Shown here: piece after piece, positions 11,200-22,848 of the stretch
Position numbering within the stretch: the stretch's first letter is position 1
Layout: each line of letters opens with the position of its first letter
Assembly (NCBI GenBank): GCA_050273025.1
Contig: CP158635.1
Location: 30,194,001 to 30,258,000 of the forward strand
Direction of reading: 5' to 3'
Origin: Cenococcum geophilum
Taxonomy: Eukaryota
Length of the DNA stretch: 64,000 nt
Notes under the pieces: generated by a model
Told to the model about the DNA's origin: nothing
Databases searched by the model: none
What the model saw: the letters and a program-made list of their open reading frames with translations, nothing else
Made by a program: the position numbers and the translations under genes

Positions 11200-14064
11200 G
11201 GGTTTATACTCGTACGGCATATAATAAAGAGAATTCTCGACTTAAGTTCTGTATATACTATACAGCAACACTACTATATAGCACTTTAGTTAGTACAAAT
11301 ATGCATAGATATCTTGAGTTAAAGTATGGAATATATGTTAACCGAACTCCGAGTCTAATTTAAGGGGAAACCATCCGCTAATTATAGCAACTTTATACTT
11401 AAGTATAGTCCTTAGGCTAAATAGAAGAGATTAATACTTAAGTTTACTAAAAATATCTAAATTAGGATATAATTAATAAAGCTTTAATTACACTAATTAC
11501 TGTATAAAACCTTCCTTTTAAGTTGTTAAATAGCCTAAATTTTATACTTTTTACTAAGTACTTAATCCAAAATTGTCTAACTTTATAGCTATAGTACACT
11601 CTTAAGTTATAAAGAAGATTAAGTAACCCTAGCAGACTTATAAAGATATTATATAAAAGAAACTTTAGTTAGCAGTATTAAATATTTATCTTTTACTTAA
11701 TATCTGGATCTCCCTAAATAGGCTCCTTCTTCTAAGGATCTGCGCCTACTTTATTAACTATAATTAAGAGAAGCGCTTAAAGGCCCTTTTCGCGCTTTAT
11801 ATAGTAGCAAACTATAATAGAAATAAGTAATTTGTTACTCTTTTCCTAGCCCTTAAGGACTGTAGTATTATATAAAAGCCTAGGTTTATTATTTGTAATA
11901 ACGCCACTTTAAATAATATACTTTGTTGTATAGTAGAAGCCTATTTTAGAAAAGAGGAGGATATTAAATGGGATTCTACATACTGGCGGATCTGGTGTAC
12001 TAGTTATATTATTAATTTAGCCGTATAAGCCTTCCTATTTTATAGCCTAATTAAAGTAAAGTAACTTAAGTTATATAACAAATAGGGAGGGAAAGGGGGT
12101 TAATAGGTAACCTTTTAGGTTATAAGACCACTTAGTAGGCCTTATAATATTATTATATATATCCGCAGTTCCGCCGGTTATATAAAGGAGTTTAAGTATC
12201 TAGTAGGGAGAGTAATTCTATTTAATAACCGTATAAGATAGAATAGCTAGTTTTAAATGCTAGGTATAGCCGATTAAAAGGCGGGAGCTATTAATACCTA
12301 TACTAAGAACTACTTTACTACGCTTTAGGCAGACCATCTCTCTCTAAAGGACTAAAAAAGGCTTTATATAATTAAGGAATTCCTTTAACTATTCCACTAA
12401 GTAACTGTAGAGACTTAGGGTAACCGTACAGCAATTAATAGTATACTCTTTACTATAGATATTATTATATAGTACTTTAAAGCCGCGCTTATAAGTAGAC
12501 TTCCTTTTAGATTAGATAATACTAATACTATATAATAGTCTAAACATACTTCTAATAAGGAGTTTAGCTCTTAAATTAGAAAGGGGTGGGAGATATTTAA
12601 TAAATACTATAGCAAAACAGACAACTTACCCCTTCATACTGCCGCTCTTATTCTTTATCTAAGCCGTTATATAAAGTATATTAAGGCAAACTGGAAAACA
12701 AAGTGGGTTAAACCTATATTAAAAAAGGGTTAAGAGCTTTGGGAGTCCTACCAAGAAAAAGCTCCTACTCCTCTAAGTTCTTTATTGTATAAAAGGAAAC
12801 CCTAGGTGTAGGAACTTAACATATTTAATTAGATTGCTTAAAAGATAGGGAAGTATGCTTAACTAGTAAGTTAAGATAAGTACTAAAATTCTTGTAATAG
12901 GGAACCGTATAATATTAGTAAGATATTAGCGCTTAAATAGTAGTGTTAAGATTAACAAAGAAAACATTAGCTAAGGTTATTATATATAGCTATTAATATT
13001 CTCTTAATTTTAGCTATAAGCGATAAACTAGAGCGAGTTTTTTTTAGGGGGATGTTATATAGTATTATGGGAAAGGGCGTAAATAGGAATAAAAAACCTT
13101 AAAAGAGTAAAGTGTTTAAAACATTAGAAATAAACTGGTATTTCAGACAAAACACTTAAGATAGTAGATTAATATTATAGCCTTCTGCCGTTTTCTGCCG
13201 TTTTCTACTATATTCTGCTATAGATAGCAAAATATAGCAGAATCTACTACTAAAGTTGCCTACTAGTAACTTTAAGGAACTTTAACTAGCGGTTAAAGTT
13301 GTTAAATTAACTTGCTTTAAAGAATTAATAGGGTATTTTCTAAAAGCCTTTGTAAATTAATTAGGTTTAAGCACGTACTATAATGCTAAGTAATTATTGA
13401 TAATTATCAATTACTGGCTAATAATAGCGATTATTAATTAATGCCTTATTAATAGTATCGAAAACCACACTATTACTAAAGGGTTTAAACCCCATTTATA
13501 GATACTAGCCGTAGTTAACTAGAAATGGGGAGACTCTTATAGTTTTTAAGACGGAATTATTTATAGTAAATTTAGTAAATACAAGCTAGTTAATCTAGTT
13601 ATCCTATAAATATAACATATATATCGGAATATATTATTCCATTATAGCGTTTATATATTTTATTTAACTATCCATTTCTAAGTAGTATACTATAAATAAT
13701 AGTGCTTTAATATAGAGTTAGGTAGTTAGTTCTTTCTAAAATATAGAGATAAACTAACTATCTTTATTAGAGATAATTATTTTAGGGAGTTTGTAAAGTT
13801 TCTATATTTGGTCTAGGAATAGTTAGCAATAGTAGGTATTAACATATTAGGGCAGGCAATTAAGTATCTTATCTTAAATAGTTGGTCTATAACTGCCATA
13901 ATATTTATACAGCCTTTACTTATAGGGAGATTAATAATAAAGTTATTTAAGATATCCTTCTATCTTTAGTTTAGAATAGGTAGTAGCTTTAAAAGGCCGT
14001 TATACGTCTTATATAAAGCTTTAGCTTATTAGCAAATATAATAGCTAGAGATATACTTTTATAT

Positions 14065-14380
14065 TATAGTAGTATAATTTAGCCTCCTAGATTTAACATC
14101 TAGATTGGGTATAGCTTTAGGGGAGCCTAGGCCTTCTATAGTTATATATATTGGTCTAAGGCCCTAAAGTTTTTAATAACTTAGGCGACACTAACAGATA
14201 TATAATTTTCCTTTAATACACTCTTTTCTTTCCTTCTTCCTGCTTAACTCTAATTGATTATAACCGACTAATAAACTAACAGACTGACAGCACTGCGACT
14301 TTCCATCTAAGAGACACTGTACCCTCTCATATATTTTATAGCATTCCACGTAGGGACGACGGCAAGCTCTTTAGATTAGA
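14065..14380 (+). repeat. Family C 5' LTR (3' end approximate)
   Basis: 14065-~14308 is the reverse complement of 22429-22672; starts T(G)TAGTGGTATAAT. Confidence 0.75.
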
Positions 14381-14710
14381 AGTTTGGTGCTCTATACATA
14401 GGAGACGTATAAAAACGATCTAGAACTGCGAAAGAACGATAAATGCAAAGAAACACGGGCATATCAGCAACTAGTACGCAGCCACCGCTATAAAATAAAC
14501 TAACGACACTTACTAAGCTCTCTATGCGGGAATAGTAGTTAGTAAGTAGCGATAAGAGGGCAAGTACGTAGTATAATAAGATAAAGGATAAAAGGAAGGA
14601 CTATAGTACACCAGGAACAGCAAAGAAAGGTCTTTTATATTTTATTTACTATATTTACAACAGTTTATACTATTATTCTTACATTTATTAGAGCTACCTT
14701 TAAATTTATA

Positions 14711-17700
14711 ATAATAGCGACAGTGCCAGTAAAGGGATTATTAGGAATATTAGGCCCATTCTATAATAATAGTAAAGGCGCTAAAAAGCAAAAAGAAAGT
14801 AAGCAGCCTATTAAACCGTAAAGCTCTCCTAAACTAGGGCATGTAATACTAACCCTAACTCCCATAATATTAGGGACTAATAACCCTTAATAAATAGAGA
14901 ATAAGGGTTATAAGGTCCACCTACCTATCCCTAAAGAAACTTTAGGTCCGTTACCTCTTACTAGACTACTAATAGAATAAGATAAGGTGTATATTATAGC
15001 CCAGCCTATACTAGCTTTAGGCACCTTTAAAACCCCTTACTTTACAGTACAAAACGTATTATAATTTATTAAATAGTATAAGCGGCTATGCATCTAACAC
15101 TATATTATGGATAATAAGAAGTATTTAGGACTTCTAGAGTATTGTAACTATTAGATAGAGATATAGATCCAAAGTCTACCTAAGTTTATAATTAGTAACT
15201 AGATAGAACTTATAGGAAAGCTTAGGACAAACTACTAAGGAAGTAACTACTTTTAATAAGTTAAAACGGTAGAATTCTTAAAAGCTTATATGCTATAGTA
15301 TAGGAATAATCTACCCAATAGTATACGCGAATACTATAGGTAGTTTACGTTAATCTCCCAGAAGGCTACTAAGGCTAATAATATAGAAAACCGCAAATAA
15401 GGGTACTGGTTCATAAGGGGACTTCTATTTAAATACTAAAGATATACTATAACTAAAACAGAAGCCAACCAGAATAGGCGAGAATCTTTTAACTTCCACC
15501 TACTAAGAAGAGCTATAGATGATAGGCTTAATTCGCATAAAGGCGCCAATTAGTTATTAATAATAAATCTTAAAAAACAAGGCCTTTATTAGCTAGTTAG
15601 ACAATTCCGTAATTAGTAACCAGCTATAATAAACTAAAGAGATACTACCCTTTAACTACCTATAGTCTCTTAGCTAAGCGAGTTAGTAAGTACCTATTAA
15701 ACGAGTTAGGAAATAGACCCTAAACTAGTGAAACTTATTAATTAACTCTAAAAGCTTAATCTTAGGATAGTTAAATTAGTAGGCGTTATATCTTTAATAC
15801 TATTTCTAGATAGGATTCGCTAAGATCTAATATAATATACACAGCTCCTAAATAAGGCGTTAATGCGTTAAGAATAAATAGACCCGTAACTAGCACTAGG
15901 TAATAACAGACCGCAGCCGCCCTATAAGGGAGCGTTATAAAAACGATATAAGCCGGGCCTAGGAAGGTATAAAGGGCTAGGGAACTTTAGCGTATACTAG
16001 ATATAAAATTAGACGTATTATAAATGCGGGGGTTCCTACCGTTTTATTAATTAATATCTATAGCTCTAAGAGTTAGTTTGTTGTGGTTTCCTATATATAA
16101 ACGAGAATAACTAAATATACGCTAGAATACGTAAGCGCCTAAAAAATGCGATTTTATATTTACCGGGCGATAATTAGATCTAGTTCCTTAAAAACTAGCT
16201 AAGGTAGAACGCGAATATTAATCCTAATACGCCAGTAACAGGTGTCTAACTAAAGGCAGCTTCTATAGAGCTTATAGAAGTAGTAACGCTAAAAGTAAAG
16301 AGGAACTTAGTAGGTCCTAGGAAAATATATACTAAGTAGAGTTAATATATATTAATTTAGTAGGGGCCGCAACCTAGTTATAGCCTACGCTATAAATATA
16401 TAATCCTAGAAGACCGTAAGGGGAAGTAAGGGTAATAAAATAGCTTCTAAAACCATCTAGTCTATAACCGGCAACGGTTTAAATATACGACTATCCAAAT
16501 CGCACTACGGCCCTAGTAGTAGGCTCCTTTATCACCGTTAAGCAGTAATAAGGTTAATAAAATAAACTATACTAAATAGCTAAGATAGACAGAGCAAATA
16601 GCAGATATAATAATAGTAGCTAAAGTATTACAACCAAAGCTAGTTAGGACAATGGATATACTAAAAGGAAACATCCTAAGCCTAACTATAATAGTGGACA
16701 AGATCTTATTAAAAACTATTAAAGTTACTATTAGTAACTGCCTTATGTACATACCTAAAGTTATAAGGCTATTCTTTAAGCCTCTCCCGCTACCCCTTAT
16801 AGAGTCTTACCAATAAAAGTAAGAGGACGTTAAGGTATCTATATTGTTAGCACACCTAATATTCCATGCTAATTAAGCCAGCTTAATAATGGCTAAAGTA
16901 GACTGGATTAATCGGGGGGTAGAATTTATCCGATTTTAAAGGCGATACCTAAAGGTAAAAGCGTAGATAGAAGATGGCAGGGCTAAATACTTAATTAACT
17001 TTAGAGCGGAGCTTAACCTTATTAAAGAAAGCGTGGCTCTATAACACGGTTTACTAATATTAAGTCTACCTCCATAACTATAGGGTACGTGTTTAACGTC
17101 GACTAATAGGACTTAGTTTAAGTTTATTAGATTAGTGTATGCGGTCCCTATAGTAATAGGTAATATCTTAATATCTACAACATTTATTGCTGTTAGAGAA
17201 ATATTATATAAAGTAATACTTAATAAGTTATAGTTAGGAAGGGCTAAATTAGTAATAAAACGAATCGCAATAGGTTAGGTGTCTTATATTATTTAATTAG
17301 AAGATAGTAGAGTTAAAATAAGGGTTTTAATATCCCATAAGGATATAATATTCTTTAAACTAAATAAAGGCCTTAGTATAAATAACAGTTTAAGAAACGT
17401 ATAGTTGGTGTAACTGCTAGGATTATATTTAGGGTTACTTATAACCTAGCGAAGTAAGATAAAAAGAACGTTAAGAATAAAGAGGAGGAAAATAAGATGC
17501 GGCTCTAATACGGACGTTTACCGTTTTGGATATCCGCTAGATAGAGCTATCGGCAGAAAAAGGAATATAATATTAGATAGAGAGAGCTTGATAGTAAAAC
17601 GTTAAAGGAAATCCTAAAAAAATACTTAAGGAAGAATTGGAAGCCAATATTTAAAGTAAAGGTTAAGTCCCTTATATATTAAATATCAAAAACGATAAAT

Positions 17701-20700
17701 CTATTTATAATACGAATGGAAAACTACTAAAGTAAGGCCTAACTAAACGCTATAAACGTAGCAACTGCGTATAAACAAAAGGTAGAAAAAGTCCACCTAG
17801 TTAATTTATTAACACCAGATAGAATAGTTATAGGAGGTATAATAGAATAGTAAGAGGTAGCCTTATATTAACAGAAAGCGTCTATTTAAGGATTGCCTCT
17901 TAGTCCGTATAATTATTTTCTTAAGCCGTAATATACTAAGCTAGCCTATAGGGCGCGATTAAAGCTAGAATAATTAGAGCGTATAATTATAGGAGATATT
18001 TAGCTAAGAGAATAAGAGATTCTTAAGGCTATATTATTTAACTAAGAAGAGGTTCTAGTATAGGAGTTCTTTAAAATAGGTTGTATTAGTAGGGACGTAA
18101 CTCTACCACTAAAGATTAAGACTATACTGTATATAGTATAGTAAGTACTAAACTTTTTATACCAAGGGCCCTATAAGGAGAAGTAATAAATATATTATAA
18201 GAACGACTAGCTTAAGGGACTCTAGACTATTATAAAGGCCTATATATAAACCCATAGTTTTTTATAAGCAAAAAGGAACATAAAGAGTATCAACTAATTA
18301 ACGCGGCAATAAATATTAACTAAGTAATTATTAGGGACGCAAATCTACCACTATATACTAATAAGTTTTCTAAGGAGTTTATAGGGTATAAGGTTATATC
18401 TCTAGTGGACTTCTTCTTTAGCTATAACTAATTAGAGCTAAATATAGAAAGTAGAAACCTAATAGCTTTTATAATATCTTTAGGACTTTTATAATAAACA
18501 ATGGTACCTATAAAAGGCACGAATTCCATAGCCTAGTTCGTGCGGACAATTACTAAAATCCTAGAATAATATATCCTATACTATACCCTACTATTTCTAG
18601 ATAATATTATAGTAAAAGGCCTATAGATAGTATATAATAGGGAGGAGAGCCTTTTAGATATATGCAGATACATTTTAGAATATATTATATAGCTAAATGG
18701 AGTACTTATAAATTTAAAATAAGCTAGGTATATAATTTTAGGCGTAAAGTCTTATTTTTATAAAAATAAGATTATAGTAGTTGGTTACCGCTATAATAGA
18801 AAGGGATAATATCTAAAAGAGTTAAAGGTCGCAAAAACCATTTACTAAAAAGACTATAAAAACGTTATATCCGCCAAAGCATTTCTAGAAGTTGTTGTAT
18901 ATTACTAAATATAGGTAAAAAACTTCGCAATTAAAGCAGAGCCAATTTTCCGACTACTTTATCTCATTTTTGCTCGTCACCATCTGAAGAAGAAGAAACC
19001 GTACAACAATATCAATATTTGGAGGTATAGGCACAAAGGAGGCTATCTCTGCAAGCACAGCCAGCGCCAGGCCTGCAGCTACAGGTAGGGTGGGTGAAGC
19101 AGAGAAAGCCAAGTATGACCCAGCCAGGTATAACCTAGCATTATCACCTCCTTTATACCTAGATATGCGAAGCTCTATATAGGTGTATACATAGGGATGG
19201 TGGGTGGGAAAGCAAAAGCCGTATGGCTCAAAAATGGAGAAGTTTGATGTTGTTGGTAGAAGTCGCGGTGCTCGCAATCTACCGATAAACATTTTCATAT
19301 AAGTAAATGTTTAGTTTATATAGGGCATAGAGCAGATTACTGCTATAAAGACTCTAAAGTATGCAATTACTACCACACCCGTATTAGTTTAGCTAGATTA
19401 TACTAAGGGGGTTAGGCTAATTATTCTTGCCGTTAATAGGTGCAAAAATGGCTAGGGGTGCGGCCTTATGCAACTAGATGTGTAAGGTTGCCATTACCCG
19501 TATTAATATAAGAGCGGTATTTAGTCTTAAGCGGAACAGAAATATAACTTAGGAAAGCTTAAATATTAGGCGTTACTGCACGCGTTAAAGAAGTGTTATG
19601 TATACTTATACGGCGTTTAATTTACAGTAGAGATAAACGCGAATACCTTAGTCGTATAGCTAAATTGTACTACCACTAATTTACCTAGAGCTTTAATAAT
19701 AAGATAGCTAGCATAGATCTAGCTATGGGACTTTAATATTAAATATATACCGGGGAAGAAGAATAGCCTAGTTAATAGATTTTCGCAATGGCTACTTAAT
19801 AGCAAATAACCTAATAAGCCGACTAAGGATATTAAATAGTTTATTAACTATAAGCTAAGCGCCTTAAAATATATAGCTAGCCCTCTTAAAATGGAAGCAG
19901 GCCTGCTATTAAAAGACTTATATTTAAAGAAATCTTAGAAAATTATAAAATAGTTAGTAACCTTATAGCGTTTAGAGAAGATAAATACTAAGGAATTTAA
20001 AAGGTTTAAATAGCACGCGCTAAAGTTCCTAGTGCGTAATTAATAGCACTTTTGCTAATAGTTAAAAAAATATATTAATGCGAAGAGTAGTTAATAACGA
20101 GATAACTTAGTAAGAGATTATTAAGAGCCTTTATAATTAGAGTAGATATTATAAACGGGAGAGAACGTACTAGAGGATCTTAAATCGGTATTAGTGGCTA
20201 GGGCTGTAGGATTAGATATTATAGTATATTAAGTCGTGCCTATAATACTAGGAGCGGCAGTTAGAATAGGAAGAAAAGGTAATATACCCTATATAGGAGT
20301 CTATCTTATAGTAATAAGTAATAGTAGATATTATATTTATACCATTAAACCGTCTCGGATTCTAATATTTAGCTATTACTTAAGAATATATATCTAGATA
20401 GGTGGAAGCCCAGGCCCTTAAAAATAAGGATATAAAAAGTATAGCGAAGTTCCTTTATAAAGACGTTATTTGCTAATAGAGAGTATTTAGATAGCTCTTT
20501 ATAGATAATAGAGAAGAGAATGCTAGTATTACTACTGCGCTTATAGAGCTCTATAATATTAAAAGGGTTATAGCTTCTATATATTACCTATAGGGGTAGG
20601 GCTTTATAGAGCGAGGTTATAAACCTATAATAGATATTTTGGCGAAGATGGATAGCTTATAGCTAGACAGTTTTTATACCGTCTTATAGGCAGATAGAAT

Positions 20701-21030
20701 AACTATTAAGCAGTCTATAGAAATAACACTAGTAAGAGTTATATGCGGGTATAAGCACGTTCTTTCTATTGAACTCTATATACCTATTTAGTAAATACTA
20801 CCTTAGTAAACGGTCCGGACCACTATAAAGCTATTAGCACTTTATATAAAATAGTTTAACTAAAAAGACGTAGATATGCGAGAGGCTATTACATGTATAG
20901 GACGACTAAGGGTAGTAAATAAGGAGTATTTTAATAATACTTATCGCATTCGCCAGGACGGATTTAAGGTTAGAGATATAGTTATACTCTATAATACGTA
21001 GCTTAAGTAAGATTATTCTAGCAGTTATAA
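14711..21030 (+). pseudogene. Family C gag-pol (protease, RT, RNase H, integrase), RIP-mutated; start approximate
   Basis: De-RIP motifs LIDSGAELNL (~16990), IRDANLPP, SLVDFFSGYDQ, FLDD (~18594), RNase H IILAVD and integrase GWVEA.AL. Confidence 0.88.
18960..19299. other. 340-bp RIP-poor foreign insertion inside family C pol
   Basis: Interrupts ..EPIFRLL|(R)VNVQF.WG..; retains many CA/TG dinucleotides; no TIR, LTR or poly(A). Confidence 0.75.
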
Positions 21031-22428
21031 ACTAACTATCTAAGATAAGGCACTTAATTGCCTACCCTAATATATTAACACCTACTATTGCCTAACTATT
21101 CCTAAACTATATATAGAAACTCTATAAACTCTCTAAAACGATTATCTTTAATAAAGGTAGCTAGTTTATCTCTATATTTTAGAAAAACTAATTACCCAGC
21201 TCCGCATTAAGGCACTATTATCTACTATATACTATTTAGAAATAGACGGTTAAATAAAACGCGTAAATACTATAATAGAATAGTATATTCGGTTATATAC
21301 GTTATATTTATAAGATAACTAAATTAACTGGCTTATATTTACTAAATTTATTATAAATAACTCTATTTTAGAAACTATAAAGATCTCCCTATTCTTAACT
21401 AACTACGGTTAATATTTATATATAGGTTTTAAACCTTTTAGTAATATCCCTTACTCTACTTACTACGCTTTATAAGTTATAAAAGTAAATTAATTTATAA
21501 GGAGGATAGAGGAACTATAATAGTTCCTTATTAATAAAATAATATAGGCCTAATTTATCTATAAAGCTACAGTAAATAAGAAATAAACCCTAATACTAGC
21601 CTACTAAATTAGTAACTTTGTCTGGCTAGATATAAGAAATCTAAATATAAAACAACTTACTAAAAAACTTAATTAGAAAAACGCTAGCCCTTATAAGGTT
21701 AAAAAGGTTATTTCCTCTTACGCCTATTAACTAAAGCTCCCTAATACGGTCAAAATCCACCCTATATTCTATACGTTAGTCCTCTACCCTACTACTCCTA
21801 TATTAGACGCCCTACCTAAATAGATATAAGACCCTCCTTTACTAGTTAAAGTAGATAGTAAAAACGAGTACTTTATTAAAAGAATTAATAATATTAAGTA
21901 TAATAAACGGAAACGCTAATATATATAATTTATAAAATAAAAAGGCTTTACTAAGCCCTTATAGGAACCCGTTAACTCTATAGGACTTATATAAGCTATA
22001 AAAGACTTTTACAAACTCTACCTAGAACTACTATAGCCCTATTTTATAGAAGTTTAAGTTTAAAGGGGGGGGGGTACTATTATAGGATACCCCTATAACA
22101 TCTTATATACATCTACCTATTTTTACTAACTTAGTAATTAAAAACTAACTATAAAACGGCAATCTAATAGCAATCTGCGGCAATCTAATAGTAACCTACT
22201 ATATTCTACTATATTCTACTAAATTCTACTAAGTTTTACTACCTAAATCCTATTCTACTCTATGTATATATTAACTAAGCAACTAAGTTTATAATATATA
22301 CCCTTTCTTCCCGTTTTCCTACCTTCTCTCCTTACGCAACGTCTTAGCCTCCTTATATAGTTTATATATATAGCTTAATAATATCTACCTTGCTATATAT
22401 TATCGCCGCTTATACTTACTCCGTAATA
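21021..22428 (+). mobile_element. Second family A copy: integrase/chromodomain end plus 3' LTR (22078-22428), within the inversion
   Basis: Highly similar to 1-1149; poly-G PPT at ~22062-22074; the LTR end abuts the interrupted family C LTR. Confidence 0.88.
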
Positions 22429-22672
22429 AGATAAAAAGTTATAGTGCTATTAGTCTGTTGGTCTGTTAGTTAGTTATAATTAATTAGAATTAAGCAGTAA
22501 GAAGAAAAGAAAAGAGTATATTAAAGGGAAATTGTATATCTATTAGTATCGCCCAAGTTATTAAAGACTTTAGGGCTTTAAACCGATCTATATAACTATA
22601 AAAGGCCTAGGCTCCCCTAAAGCTATACCTAATTTAGATATTAAATCTAGGAGGCCAAATTATACCACTATA
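22429..22672 (-). repeat. Family C 3' LTR, truncated by the family A insertion
   Basis: Reverse complement of 14065-14308, preceded on the minus strand by the purine tract AGGTAGGGGAGGTA. Confidence 0.85.
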
Positions 22673-22848
22673 TACCTCCCCTACCTAAGTTATTATCCCC
22701 TAACGACTTCTAAAACCCTATATCCCCCCCCTATTTTCAAAAAAAGCGTAATAGGCAACCGTATACGCTCCTTACCTTTACTATAAACCCGAGATAGTAA
22801 ACGAGGATACTCTATTCTGGTTAATTAAGACCGTTCTCGTCCGCCTAT

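Larger units (their letters stand above)
9010..13170 (+). pseudogene. hAT transposase, RIP-mutated and interrupted at 9080-11199 (ends approximate)
   Basis: BED-finger-like IWVH...FC.HC...NM.RHL..KHG is split by the retroelement; DNA..N, C..HIINLAV.AFL, TRWNS and C-terminal dimerisation-like W....P.L..MA.DILSIP.MS...ERVF motifs follow. Confidence 0.85.
8308..13472 (+). mobile_element. hAT (Restless-like) DNA transposon
   Basis: 17-bp TIRs CAGTGTGGTTTTCGATA / TATCGAAAACCACACTA (last base RIP-changed); perfect 8-bp TSD TTACTAAA (8300-8307, 13473-13480); subterminal ATCGAT-type repeats. Confidence 0.93.

Noticed and set aside
18954..19298. 114-aa minus-strand ORF
   Set aside because: Coincides with the 340-bp insertion, takes its stop from flanking pol, and has no recognisable domain.
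14065..22672. Apparent ~245-bp terminal inverted repeats around a gag-pol (DIRS-like or novel inverted-LTR element)
   Set aside because: Explained by the 21021-26524 inversion; the element has a DDE integrase, a PPT, and direct LTRs once flipped back.
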